IMG/VR virus record: IMGVR_UViG_3300021560_000051
Coordinates: 1-31,663 of that record
Length of the DNA stretch: 31,663 nucleotides
Strand: one strand, 5' to 3'
DNA from: a virus
Taxonomy: Duplodnaviria > Caudoviricetes
Every line of letters begins with the position of its first letter. Within the stretch, counting starts at the first letter, position 1. Below are positions 8,299-17,518 of this stretch, piece after piece. The notes beneath the pieces are model-generated. The model was not told the DNA's origin. It searched no databases and worked only from the letters and a program-made list of their open reading frames with translations. A program made the translations under genes and the position numbers.

Positions 8299-9867
8299 TT
8301 ACATACTAACGTCTTGATCGTGGAACATACTGAGCAATGCACCTTGCATCCTACTACGATTGCGCAGCCGTGTATAGGTTATTTTTTCCACATGCGTTCC
8401 TACTAGATGTAGTATTACCGTTTTAAATTTCTGACCAGGGCGTGTAATGCGGGCGTTAGCTTGCTCGTACGTCTCAAGGCTCATCGTCGGCGAGAACCAG
8501 ATGATCGTATCCGCCCGCGTCAACGTCAAGCCATGCGCCATCGTTTGCGGATGTGCAACAATTACCCGCGCACCCGTGCCTGCCTGGAAAGTGGTGAAGA
8601 TTGCGTCCCGTTGTGTGCGCGTCGTGTCGCCATGCACCACGGCGATATTCTCCCCCGCCCGAGTCAAATGACTGGCTACACCCGCGAGAGCATGCAGGAA
8701 GGGGACGAACACCAGCACCCCCCGGTCAGTCTCGGCGACCGCATCTTCGAGCGCCTGCAACCGGCTCGCATTGGGAAGATTATACACACCCTTGGTGTCG
8801 GTATAGACATACCCACATGATACTTGGAGTAATTTTCCTTGCAATATACCCTCATTGGCGGCGGTAATCGTGCCGTCGGCGATCATAGCGCGCATCCGGT
8901 CCAGCATGACCGAATACATATGCTTAATGGCGGCGCTCGGCGGCACGTCCCGATCTATATAAGAAGTTTCCGGTAATTCTTCGATGTCATCGCGGGAATA
9001 GCGCACGCTCGGCTGCATCGCCTGATGCACGATCGCCGTCGCGTCGGGCCGGTTCAGCCACTTGAAGGGCGACACCTGCCGCATGGTTAAGTCACGGAAG
9101 AACATGAACGATTTCGGCACCCGCGCAGGGGCGATCAGTTTGACCTGTGCGTAAGCATCGGTCGGCGCACGCGGCGTCGGCGACCCCGTCATGCCCCACA
9201 CATGTTTAGGGGGCGGGTCGCCGGCGCGGATCAGCACGTTCAGCGACTTCCAGAGGTCGGTGCGCTGATTGCGGAACACGGCCAACTCGTCCACGATGAT
9301 GATATCGAAGCCGCGCGCCACCAACTCGTCGCGCATCAGCCCGACGCCGTGGTGGTTGACGATGAACCAGCGGGCCGGTTGCTTCAGCAACTCCAGCCGC
9401 TTAGCACGCTGTGCATGGTGCAGCACCACCGTCTGCTCTCTCGGCATGACGTGGAACAACTCCCGCTGCCACACCGGCGTTAGCGTGGACAGCGGCGCGG
9501 TAATGAGAGCGCGCCGCGCGACGCCTGTCCGCATCAGCCAGTCCGCCGCCCAAATAGCCGCGCGGGTTTTGCCTGTGCCCATCGAGGACAGCACGAAGAA
9601 GCGGGGATTCTCCACCAGCAGGGCCGCGGTTATGCGTTGCACATCCCACGGTGTCTGCCCGCGCCAATCATATTGCGTCAGCATCGGCGGCGGCACGTCG
9701 AAACCCAGGTTACGGGCCAGCTTCGTCTCGTCCGGCTTATTAGGTACCAACAGAAATTGCTGCCCCGCATGTTCAAACATGCGAGCGTGCGGCATTAACT
9801 GCACTAGTTCAGGTTTTGCCGGCAACACCAGATGCTTCCGGTCATTGCTTATGAACATGACAACCAC
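8299..9867 (-). CDS. SNF2-family (SF2) DNA helicase
   Basis: Motif I SSMGTGKT; motif Ia APLSTL; motif II IIVDE; motif III MTGSP; motif V AHGLTL; motif VI QANARITRPGQ. Confidence 0.9.
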   Translation of the reverse strand: MVVMFISNDRKHLVLPAKPELVQLMPHARMFEHAGQQFLLVPNKPDETKLARNLGFDVPPPMLTQYDWRGQTPWDVQRITAALLVENPRFFVLSSMGTGKTRAAIWAADWLMRTGVARRALITAPLSTLTPVWQRELFHVMPREQTVVLHHAQRAKRLELLKQPARWFIVNHHGVGLMRDELVARGFDIIIVDELAVFRNQRTDLWKSLNVLIRAGDPPPKHVWGMTGSPTPRAPTDAYAQVKLIAPARVPKSFMFFRDLTMRQVSPFKWLNRPDATAIVHQAMQPSVRYSRDDIEELPETSYIDRDVPPSAAIKHMYSVMLDRMRAMIADGTITAANEGILQGKLLQVSCGYVYTDTKGVYNLPNASRLQALEDAVAETDRGVLVFVPFLHALAGVASHLTRAGENIAVVHGDTTRTQRDAIFTTFQAGTGARVIVAHPQTMAHGLTLTRADTIIWFSPTMSLETYEQANARITRPGQKFKTVILHLVGTHVEKITYTRLRNRSRMQGALLSMFHDQDVSM

Positions 9868-10139
9868 CTTTCCAACGCATCGAGTCCGTCATCACCGACG
9901 ATGACAAACACGGTACCGCCTGCCTGGACCACTCGATCGAGCACGTCCTCCTGCCGCGCCGTCAGCTTACCGCCGGGCGCCTTCGCCTCGATGGCGAAGA
10001 AGGCCCCGCGATAGCAGCCTAGGAAGTCAACCGTCGTCGCGCCGAAACCGAATGGCACGACCATGTAATAATATAAGTGCCCCCTTCGTTTGTCAAGTAG
10101 TTTTCGTATTTTATTTTTGACTCTAGTTTCGGGAGTCAT
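9849..10139 (-). CDS. VRR-NUC domain nuclease (putative Holliday junction resolvase)
   Basis: PE..VK start, VDFLG and FFAIEAKAPGGKLTARQ PD-(D/E)xK motif; 96 aa, adjacent to the SNF2 helicase. Confidence 0.9.
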   Translation of the reverse strand: MTPETRVKNKIRKLLDKRRGHLYYYMVVPFGFGATTVDFLGCYRGAFFAIEAKAPGGKLTARQEDVLDRVVQAGGTVFVIVGDDGLDALERWLSCS

Positions 10140-10318
10140 GCTGCTTTCTTACGAGGGAGCCGTTCGAAAAATTTGCACCAGCCACCAGGGGCAATGCGAC
10201 CCGCCGTCTTCTTACATTCCCGACGGTCGGGAATGAAGTAGTAACAGACGGAGCAATGCTCCTGCTCGGTGCCGTTGGAGGTGTATTGCGCCGCTTCCTT
10301 CGTCGCTTTGACCGCCAT
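10136..10318 (-). CDS. HiPIP-like (high-potential iron-sulfur) protein without signal peptide
   Basis: QY...HCSVC..F.....C...AG.I.P.GWC..F matches the four-Cys pattern of small HiPIPs. SD AAGGAG upstream. Confidence 0.7.
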   Translation of the reverse strand: MAVKATKEAAQYTSNGTEQEHCSVCYYFIPDRRECKKTAGRIAPGGWCKFFERLPRKKAA

Positions 10319-10328
10319 TGCCTACTCC

Positions 10329-10655
10329 TTATCCAAGTTGCAGACAGAGATAAGCGATGTGCTCGTCGGCGGGAAACCCTTCGGCGTGAAACAGGAATGA
10401 ATCATTGTCCGTGAGCACCTTAATCATGTCCGTGATATTGTCGTACCCTACATAGGTGATTTTAGCGGCAATCCTGAAGGGCAACGCATATGCTAGTTTC
10501 CGCGCCGCCCGTTTGATTTTAAGCTCCACTAACCCCTGCGTTTTCTGGACCGTCGGCGTCTGCCAGATGTTCGGCAAAGGCTTCACCGGCGCGAACACAT
10601 CCTGCCAAAATTCGGGGGAGAGTCGTGCGGTTTTGTTAGTTTGTTTCTGATTCAC
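10329..10655 (-). CDS. hypothetical protein
   Basis: The likely GTG start overlaps the upstream TGA (GTGA coupling); the ORF track extends further 5'. Confidence 0.5.
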   Translation of the reverse strand: MNQKQTNKTARLSPEFWQDVFAPVKPLPNIWQTPTVQKTQGLVELKIKRAARKLAYALPFRIAAKITYVGYDNITDMIKVLTDNDSFLFHAEGFPADEHIAYLCLQLG

Positions 10656-10939
10656 GAAACATTCTCCAAGCAAAGTTGGCCAATCGCAGCATCCGGCACC
10701 TTCGCCAAGATGGTCTCCATGCCCCATTTCTGCGGCTCCAGGAAGCATCGCAGCAGCGGCTCGATGGGACCCTCCAGCGATAACGGCCCGACCAGCTTCT
10801 CGATTGTCTCGCGCCGGTAGAACGCCGCCGTCGCCCGCAGCCCGTACGCGTCTTTGCGCACGTCGACCCAGAAATTTTCCCGCACCCGCAGCGGTAACTG
10901 GTCCTCGATCAGTTTAACCAACAGAGTGTTATCCATCAC
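10652..10939 (-). CDS. hypothetical protein (95 aa)
   Basis: Translationally coupled to its neighbours by 4-nt overlaps. Confidence 0.55.
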   Translation of the reverse strand: MMDNTLLVKLIEDQLPLRVRENFWVDVRKDAYGLRATAAFYRRETIEKLVGPLSLEGPIEPLLRCFLEPQKWGMETILAKVPDAAIGQLCLENVS

Positions 10940-11622
10940 TCGCTGCCTTTACCGTGGTAATCACAGGAAGTGACGAAGCAGTACCGCTTGCACAGCCCCG
11001 ACGGCCTGGGCGGGAATTTTCTGAACGCCTTCGCCCGCTCCATCGCATCTACGCGCGGCAAGATGCCCGCCCAGATACGGGTCAGGTCCTCGCGACCGAA
11101 GATCGTCCTTTCCCAATGCCCGCTGCTGACGAATGCGAGGGCGGAGGCGACCTTATGGATCGTCGGATTGTGGGCGAACACCAACGCCGCCATCAACTCC
11201 AACTGTGTCATGTCCTCTTTTTCTTTGCCCGACTTCCAGTCGATGACGGTGGCGTGAAAGCCGTTGATCTTGAGGAAGTCGATCTTGCCACGGAACCACG
11301 TGTCCCGCGCCATCCAGGCACAGGGCGTGAAGTCCCGCTTCAAGGCGAGTTTCAGTTCGGCGAACTGTTTCCCCGGCTTGCTATCGAGGTGGCGGAAGAT
11401 AGGTTCGTGGTGCGTATGGGGGAAACGCAACGGATCGCCGTTGATACGTGCGTAAAACGCTTCATGCAGTGCCTGCCCCTCGCGCATGAAGGAGCTTTCT
11501 TCCTCTTTGAAATCCTTAAAGACATATTTATGGGAATACCGTCTGGCACACGTTTCGAAGTCGGTAAGCTGACTGTAAGACCATTGGAAGCGAACGGGAG
11601 AAGGCGCGAGGGCGATACTCAT
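10936..11622 (-). CDS. PD-(D/E)xK Cas4-like exonuclease
   Basis: WSYSQL..F..C; G..LH; KIDFL; VIDWKSGK; QL motif; C-terminal C...C....C cluster ligands. Confidence 0.85.
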   Translation of the reverse strand: MSIALAPSPVRFQWSYSQLTDFETCARRYSHKYVFKDFKEEESSFMREGQALHEAFYARINGDPLRFPHTHHEPIFRHLDSKPGKQFAELKLALKRDFTPCAWMARDTWFRGKIDFLKINGFHATVIDWKSGKEKEDMTQLELMAALVFAHNPTIHKVASALAFVSSGHWERTIFGREDLTRIWAGILPRVDAMERAKAFRKFPPRPSGLCKRYCFVTSCDYHGKGSE

Positions 11623-12104
11623 TTCAACATTACCCGATCGAGGTTGACCTGCTTAGCCTTGTGAAACAACTTAGCATAGCATGTGGCACACCACGACTTC
11701 CCCGGCAATGCCGGCTTACCGCAGAAAATCGGCTCACGCGGAGGCTTCGGACCGTCGGGCCAGAGCGGGAACTGGCACCGGTTTGTCGGCGGCGTTGCCA
11801 ATAACCGCACGTCCTTCGCCTCGATCTTCGGCGGCGCTTCGCAGATGATCGGCACGTCGGGTCCCTCATCGTTCCCCTCATCGAGTTGGGTGCGCTTGGC
11901 TAACACGGGTGCTCTCGGGCCGAACCAACCACCGATCGGCTTCAGCTTGCCGGAACGATACGCCCGTCCCAGCTTCGCGATCAACTGTGTCTCCCGCAAT
12001 TCCAGGCGTTCGGCCAGTTCCTTGCGCCAGCCCCCTACGGGGTTCTTTCGGTACTCCTCGTAAAGTCTGAACATCAGCGCAGTGCGCTCGGCAGTCCAGG
12101 TCAT
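11619..12104 (-). CDS. gcrA: GcrA-like transcriptional regulator
   Basis: MTWTAER N-terminus, an HTH-like segment, and C-terminal CQFPL...FCGKP...SWCATC. The start overlaps the polymerase stop (ATGA). Confidence 0.75.
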   Translation of the reverse strand: MTWTAERTALMFRLYEEYRKNPVGGWRKELAERLELRETQLIAKLGRAYRSGKLKPIGGWFGPRAPVLAKRTQLDEGNDEGPDVPIICEAPPKIEAKDVRLLATPPTNRCQFPLWPDGPKPPREPIFCGKPALPGKSWCATCYAKLFHKAKQVNLDRVMLK

Positions 12105-14029
12105 GCATTCTCTCCCCGCTCGGCCGCAGCCAGCGTCCGTCCCCATCCTCCTTCACTCGCCAACGGCAATTTCGGTGCCCAGGTCGGCGCTTTGGCGAAT
12201 TCGACAGCTAACATCTGGTCAAACTTTACGGCATCTTCAATGGGTACGCAGTAGTCTAAACTATCATGCGTTGTCAAGAACGGGTAATAGTCGGTCGCTT
12301 TACGTACCCGCTCGATGATATCGGTGATGATGATACGACACAGTGCCTGCGAAATATTTTCCAGGAATTTACCGCCATACATCGATTGTTCACCGAGATG
12401 CGGATCGTCGTAAACGAAACCCGAGTCGCTGAACGGCCGGCTCGGATCGGGTTTAGGCCGCAGCCCCGGATACTGAATCGCCATGCCGTTCGGCAAGTGC
12501 ACCGCATCGTAATCGATATCGACGACGGGATAATAGGGCATCCCCGATCCCAGAGACGCCGCCATCCCCGTCGATAGGCGGTTCGCCGTCGCCGCCATCC
12601 AGCGCAGCAGGTTATCCCCGCGCCGCCAAAGCGTCGGGATATCGTTGTACCGCTGCCGATAGCTGATGACGACGTCCCGTGCCTTCTCCTCAGTGAGCGA
12701 AACGGAAATGCCGCCATTGCCGATGAACAGCGCCTCGCGGAATCGCAGGTGTCCACAGGAATATCCCAGACTCAGGATCGCAGTTTTACCGACGAACCTT
12801 TCTAATTTATCTTTTTTAGTTATAGACCGGCCATAAATCTCCGTCGCGAATTCGCAGTAAATATCCCGCTTCGGATCACGGAACGCTTTCGACTGCACCC
12901 GACAGTCGGCGAGGTCGGCGACCATGCGCGCCTCGATCTGCGAGGCGTCGCGATGCACGATCAGATATCCGGGCGGTGCGACGACCGCTTCGCGGATACG
13001 GGAGGCGCGACGGAAATTCTGCCAATTGAACCCACCGTCGCCGGAAAAACGCCCCGTACGGGCACCATAATAGCGCAAAGGCACCGGCGACCAGCTTCCC
13101 GACCGTCGGGAAGGCCCCCAATTAAGCGCAGATACCGTTAACAGTGCCTCGGTACGGGTTTCTTCACCCGTCGATTTGGCATCGATGCGCGCTTGCAGCG
13201 CCACTTCCACCTCGTAGGGCAAATCCTCACGCTGGCACAGTTCCTTGAAGGCGCGGTCGCCCTTCGCCAGCGCCGGGATCACGAATTTCGGATTGGTCGG
13301 CGATTGCTTCGTCGGCACCTGGATACCCCGGCCTTTAAGCCACGCGGCGAATTGCGACTGCGACGACAGCAACTCCTTCGACAGCCCCGACTGGTCGAGA
13401 ATAACTTTCTTTTGCTGACGAATATCGATGAGATGCTTCCCCAACAGCAACCGATCCAACTGCACCTGCGGCTCCGTGAACATGCGCACCGTCGCGTCGA
13501 TGGTCCTTAATTCCGACTTCGGAATAACCTGCACGAACTTATTAAGCGCCAACTTTGTTATGTCGGTGTCGCGCCGGCAATATTCTTTGTATGATTCCCA
13601 CTCTTCATCAGTGAAGTCCCCCCGGTGCTTCCCGCTCGCGTCGAGCACGTCCTTGCCCTTCTCGGGTAGCCGCAGATACTTCGCCGTCGCTTCCAACGAG
13701 GCGTGGCCGGTATGGGCGAAGATCGTCGCCCGTGCCATTGCCATCGTGTCGAGGTATAATTTAGGCACGACGCCGTAACGCCATGCCAATATAGCCCCGT
13801 CGAAGCGCAAATTGTGACCTACCATCGCCGCTCTCGACCAGTCGATCGCGGCTAATGCCGCGCGTGCCTGTTCGTCGCCTTCGTGAATGACGGTTTTTCC
13901 GTCGTTGATCTTCATTCCGAGCATGAGCAACTCGAACCGCTCGTCGAGGATGTACGCCGCCTCACGCAGCTTCCCCAACGAGTAGGTTGTGCGGTCGTAA
14001 TAACTCTCGATATCGATGGTGACGATCAT
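12101..14029 (-). CDS. phage family A DNA polymerase with 3'-5' exonuclease
   Basis: ExoI DIES, ExoII HNLRFD, ExoIII YCRRD; TGRFSG; motif A DASQIEAR; motif B R...KTAILSLGY; motif C THDS. Start reassigned to MIVTID. Confidence 0.95.
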   Translation of the reverse strand: MIVTIDIESYYDRTTYSLGKLREAAYILDERFELLMLGMKINDGKTVIHEGDEQARAALAAIDWSRAAMVGHNLRFDGAILAWRYGVVPKLYLDTMAMARATIFAHTGHASLEATAKYLRLPEKGKDVLDASGKHRGDFTDEEWESYKEYCRRDTDITKLALNKFVQVIPKSELRTIDATVRMFTEPQVQLDRLLLGKHLIDIRQQKKVILDQSGLSKELLSSQSQFAAWLKGRGIQVPTKQSPTNPKFVIPALAKGDRAFKELCQREDLPYEVEVALQARIDAKSTGEETRTEALLTVSALNWGPSRRSGSWSPVPLRYYGARTGRFSGDGGFNWQNFRRASRIREAVVAPPGYLIVHRDASQIEARMVADLADCRVQSKAFRDPKRDIYCEFATEIYGRSITKKDKLERFVGKTAILSLGYSCGHLRFREALFIGNGGISVSLTEEKARDVVISYRQRYNDIPTLWRRGDNLLRWMAATANRLSTGMAASLGSGMPYYPVVDIDYDAVHLPNGMAIQYPGLRPKPDPSRPFSDSGFVYDDPHLGEQSMYGGKFLENISQALCRIIITDIIERVRKATDYYPFLTTHDSLDYCVPIEDAVKFDQMLAVEFAKAPTWAPKLPLASEGGWGRTLAAAERGENA

Positions 14030-14853
14030 GAGGTTATGTTCCTGATGCTTTTTATCGCTTTCTCCGGTGTCCAATCCGACGGGTCGCGCATCCATGCGCT
14101 CACGTTACCTTCATATCCCGACCGGCTAACGGCCGGCGGCAACATCATCCCTCCGGCGATCACGGTGTCGGCAACATCGATCATTTTGCGGATGTTAGCA
14201 ACTGTCTCTTTGTTCACGTGCGGCCATTGGTATGTCTTCAGGTTGACCGTCGGCGGATTGGCGAAGTTAGCCGCCCATTCTTTATGGTTCAGCTTCTCAC
14301 CCAGCTTCACCAGCGTCGGCCAGCGACGGGCGCAATGTCCGACGGTGGCGAAAAAATTATCAGGGTCCCGCGTGGATAGGAGCGACGTCAGTGTATGCAC
14401 TAACTCACTCTTACGTGCCGCCGCGACCGCGTTATCTACCCACTTCACGACGGCGGCACGCAGATGCGGCGGAACTTCGGCCTGCACGCCGGTTCGTATA
14501 TACGGCATGTCTGTGATTAGACATGGACGCGGCTGGCGAAAATCTTTAATGTCGGGTTTTTGCTTGTACCGGAAGCCGTTCGGATTATACACAATCACCA
14601 ACGCAGTCCGGCGCACGCCATGCATCTCCGGCGTAAACGTCAGTGGCGCTTTACCATAAGTAGGCAGCACGTAACCTAGTCCCGCCAACTCATCGAGCAA
14701 CGCCAACTCGCGAGTGGGCAAGATCATCCCCTGCACAATTTCGGCCGTTAGCGGGAACTTTTCATCGCCGACGTGGACGAAACGATCGGCGTAGCTTTTT
14801 ATCTGAGTCGATAGTTCCTCGAAGATTCGGGCGTGTAACCTGTAATTAGGCAA
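14026..14853 (-). CDS. hypothetical protein (275 aa)
   Basis: SD GGAGGAG before a TTG start; the stop overlaps the polymerase ATG. Confidence 0.6.
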   Translation of the reverse strand: MPNYRLHARIFEELSTQIKSYADRFVHVGDEKFPLTAEIVQGMILPTRELALLDELAGLGYVLPTYGKAPLTFTPEMHGVRRTALVIVYNPNGFRYKQKPDIKDFRQPRPCLITDMPYIRTGVQAEVPPHLRAAVVKWVDNAVAAARKSELVHTLTSLLSTRDPDNFFATVGHCARRWPTLVKLGEKLNHKEWAANFANPPTVNLKTYQWPHVNKETVANIRKMIDVADTVIAGGMMLPPAVSRSGYEGNVSAWMRDPSDWTPEKAIKSIRNITS

Positions 14854-14870
14854 TTTCTCCTCCTATTTTA

Positions 14871-15359
14871 CTACGCAGCTTCACGTTCGGCATTGGGGTA
14901 TTCCGGAGTTTTTGCAGTCAGAATTTCACGATGGTGCGGAATGTTGAGGATTTGGAGCATCAATTTCAGCGCCTCGGGCTTACGGCTATTATATTCCCAA
15001 TCGCCGTTGTTGTATTTGCGACGCTCAAAATCGTCATTATACATATTGAGCGTGGCTATTATTGGCTTCAGCCGCCGCACGCCGCGAAAGCGCACGTAGA
15101 AATGCTGAAAGTTGCGCAGCCCCTGCTCATAGCTCGTTGCTGTTGACGTTGGATAAACATGCACTATGACCGGGTGCTGCCTGAGCGATCGCAGAAAAGG
15201 CTCGAAGCCACCGGTAAAATACCGATACAGGTTCTCGTTGCAGGGGCCGCCGTCGCTGTTGAGATAGTGGACCAACACACAGTAGCCACGCTCATCCAAC
15301 TGTTTGGCATAGCGGTTCAGCCACGCCGTCTGTTGTTGTATATGTGCAAGATACGACAT
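14871..15359 (-). CDS. hypothetical protein (162 aa)
   Basis: In operon, directly abutting the upstream stop; lower GC than its neighbours. Confidence 0.6.
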   Translation of the reverse strand: MSYLAHIQQQTAWLNRYAKQLDERGYCVLVHYLNSDGGPCNENLYRYFTGGFEPFLRSLRQHPVIVHVYPTSTATSYEQGLRNFQHFYVRFRGVRRLKPIIATLNMYNDDFERRKYNNGDWEYNSRKPEALKLMLQILNIPHHREILTAKTPEYPNAEREAA

Positions 15360-16187
15360 TTACAGGTTCACCTCTGTCAATGTCATTCCCATTAGCTCCA
15401 GGACATACTTAACCGTCGCCTGCGTCTTCTCGTCGGCCGCATCGATCGCGAACATAAACAGCTTACGCGGCCTCGGTGCGACGATTCTCGTCTCGCTGTC
15501 GAGAATATGCTTCAGCGCCAGCGACACGCTCAGGGGTATCTCGCCGAGCTTGCGCCAGCCCGGCGGTGCGCCGACGGAATAGCCGATGCGTACTGCCAAC
15601 TCCTCTTCGCTGGAACCTAGCAACGACGCGGCCTCGCAGAATTCCTGATAGGGCGCTCGCTTCGCCATGCCCGAGCCGGTGTGTTTTTGTTTCCCGACGG
15701 TCGGGAGTGGGGTTGTGCTCATGGTACCTCCAACAATATCAGCGCGATCGACTTCGCCTCGGTCAGTCCCCACCCTTTGGGTAACGTCGTCGAGCGGGGT
15801 AGTAACATCCAATGAATCATCCATCTCGGTTTCTCCGTTGGTTGGTCGCGGTTCAAGTGGCGTAACCACAATATCTTCTGTGATACCGTTGGTGGTAAAG
15901 CGCGTATCAAGTCCGTAATAGCTTGTGGTTCCGCAGAGGCGGGTGCCCAATCGTTCATTGGAAACATGCGGGTCCTTTCCTTTCTCACGCAGCATCCGTT
16001 TCAACAGCGCGAGCGCGTTCTTGATGGCGCGCACCCCCGTCGGCGTCGCCGATGTCACGAGGATGCGTTTCTCACCTTGCGCCCCGGCGAAGTAGAATTT
16101 GTAGTGTTTGCCGCCGCGCTCAACCTTGTAGTTAACGCCTAGCCGCTCCAGTTCATCGAGCACCATGCTGTAGGGTGTATCCACCAT
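15360..16187 (-). CDS. two-domain protein: N-terminal HicA-like domain and C-terminal XRE-like HTH
   Basis: LERLG...ERGGKHYK...SATP..RA..N fits a HicA-like pattern. AASLLGSSEEELAVRIGYS...GWRKLGEIP resembles an HTH. A possible internal start lies at 15824 (GGAG 8 nt upstream). Confidence 0.55.
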   Translation of the reverse strand: MVDTPYSMVLDELERLGVNYKVERGGKHYKFYFAGAQGEKRILVTSATPTGVRAIKNALALLKRMLREKGKDPHVSNERLGTRLCGTTSYYGLDTRFTTNGITEDIVVTPLEPRPTNGETEMDDSLDVTTPLDDVTQRVGTDRGEVDRADIVGGTMSTTPLPTVGKQKHTGSGMAKRAPYQEFCEAASLLGSSEEELAVRIGYSVGAPPGWRKLGEIPLSVSLALKHILDSETRIVAPRPRKLFMFAIDAADEKTQATVKYVLELMGMTLTEVNL

Positions 16188-17498
16188 TTACTCCACCTCG
16201 ATATACACGGTGTCGCCGAACGGACCCTTCTCATCACTCGTCGCGCACCAGATTACTGGGAACGCCGGTGCCTTAGCAGGGAAGCCTCCGTACATATCAG
16301 TAAGATACACTAACGCATCCGGTTTGACCATCTCTTTTTCACACCACTCGAACACGGGGATGAACGACGTGCCGCCGCCCCCTTGCGCACCTTGCGCGCG
16401 GATAGTCCCGAAATCATCGATCGAACGCGCTTCGCGTACTTGCGCGATATCTGCGTCACAATCCAAGAGGATGATGCGCCTCGGCTTTATGTCCTGAAGA
16501 ATGCCCCCTACCTCGCCGAAGAACGCATCGAGTTCCTTCTGCCCGATACTACCCGATGTATCCAAACCAATGACCACGGTGTCGGCACCAAAGCCGCGTC
16601 TGCCGGGGATGTAGATCATTGGATTGAGCACGAGGCGCCGCCGGTTCGGCCGTTCCCAGGTTTCCCGGCCCATGCCCAGCTTGCCTGTTAAGAGCATGCG
16701 GATATGCTCCTTCCAGGATACCTGCGAATCCATGATCTCATCGATCATCGACTGAAACAACGCCGGCATCTTGCCCATCGCCTTCGCCGCAGCGGCGGCG
16801 CGAGCGATAGCTTCCTTGAACTCCATCTCCGTCGGCACGTCCTCGGCCCCCGTCGCCGGGTCGACCATCGGCTCGAAAATCTGATCGAACTGACCGCCGC
16901 GCGCCTGCGCCTCCTTATCCGATTTCGCGACCCGCCCGGTCATCCCGTAATCGCTAAAAGTGGACCGCGATAAGCCAGACCCAGACCCAGAACCCGAGCC
17001 GGACCCACCAGAGCCACCCGACGGACGCTGTTTCCACCATTTAACGTAGACATCCTCCGGTAAATCGGTTGCCCCGACATTAGGATTATAGAGCCAGGAC
17101 GGATTGTACTGGCCCACCTTCTCGTCCATCAATAGATGGTTAATGATCCAATCACAGACGACGTTATGAAAGTCGTGGTCCCACGGCAGCCCGCGCAAAT
17201 TATCCGCGAGCCGGTAGGATTTCGCCGCTTGGCAGTGACGCATGACCGCATGACATACTTCGTGCGCTATGACGAACACACGTTCATGATGTTTCAAACC
17301 ATATAAGTAATCCGGATTGTAGAAAAATCTTCGTCCATCCGTCGCGGCCGTCGGCACTTCCATCGTTGGGTAGTCCACCATCTCCCCATAAAAATAGTGG
17401 GCGAAGAATGGACAGGCGACCATGAATCCCACTTTCGCGGTGTCCATCGCCTCTTTCTGCGCATAAGACAGCGTTGCCTTTTTGAGCGGCACGATCAT
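16188..17498 (-). CDS. DUF2201-like metallopeptidase-VWA protein
   Basis: TAATDG; HEVCH (HExxH); Gly/Ser linker; MIDAS DTSGS; GGGGTSF; LTD. Confidence 0.9.
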   Translation of the reverse strand: MIVPLKKATLSYAQKEAMDTAKVGFMVACPFFAHYFYGEMVDYPTMEVPTAATDGRRFFYNPDYLYGLKHHERVFVIAHEVCHAVMRHCQAAKSYRLADNLRGLPWDHDFHNVVCDWIINHLLMDEKVGQYNPSWLYNPNVGATDLPEDVYVKWWKQRPSGGSGGSGSGSGSGSGLSRSTFSDYGMTGRVAKSDKEAQARGGQFDQIFEPMVDPATGAEDVPTEMEFKEAIARAAAAAKAMGKMPALFQSMIDEIMDSQVSWKEHIRMLLTGKLGMGRETWERPNRRRLVLNPMIYIPGRRGFGADTVVIGLDTSGSIGQKELDAFFGEVGGILQDIKPRRIILLDCDADIAQVREARSIDDFGTIRAQGAQGGGGTSFIPVFEWCEKEMVKPDALVYLTDMYGGFPAKAPAFPVIWCATSDEKGPFGDTVYIEVE

Positions 17499-17518
17499 TT
17501 GTTTACCCCCTTTTCCCG

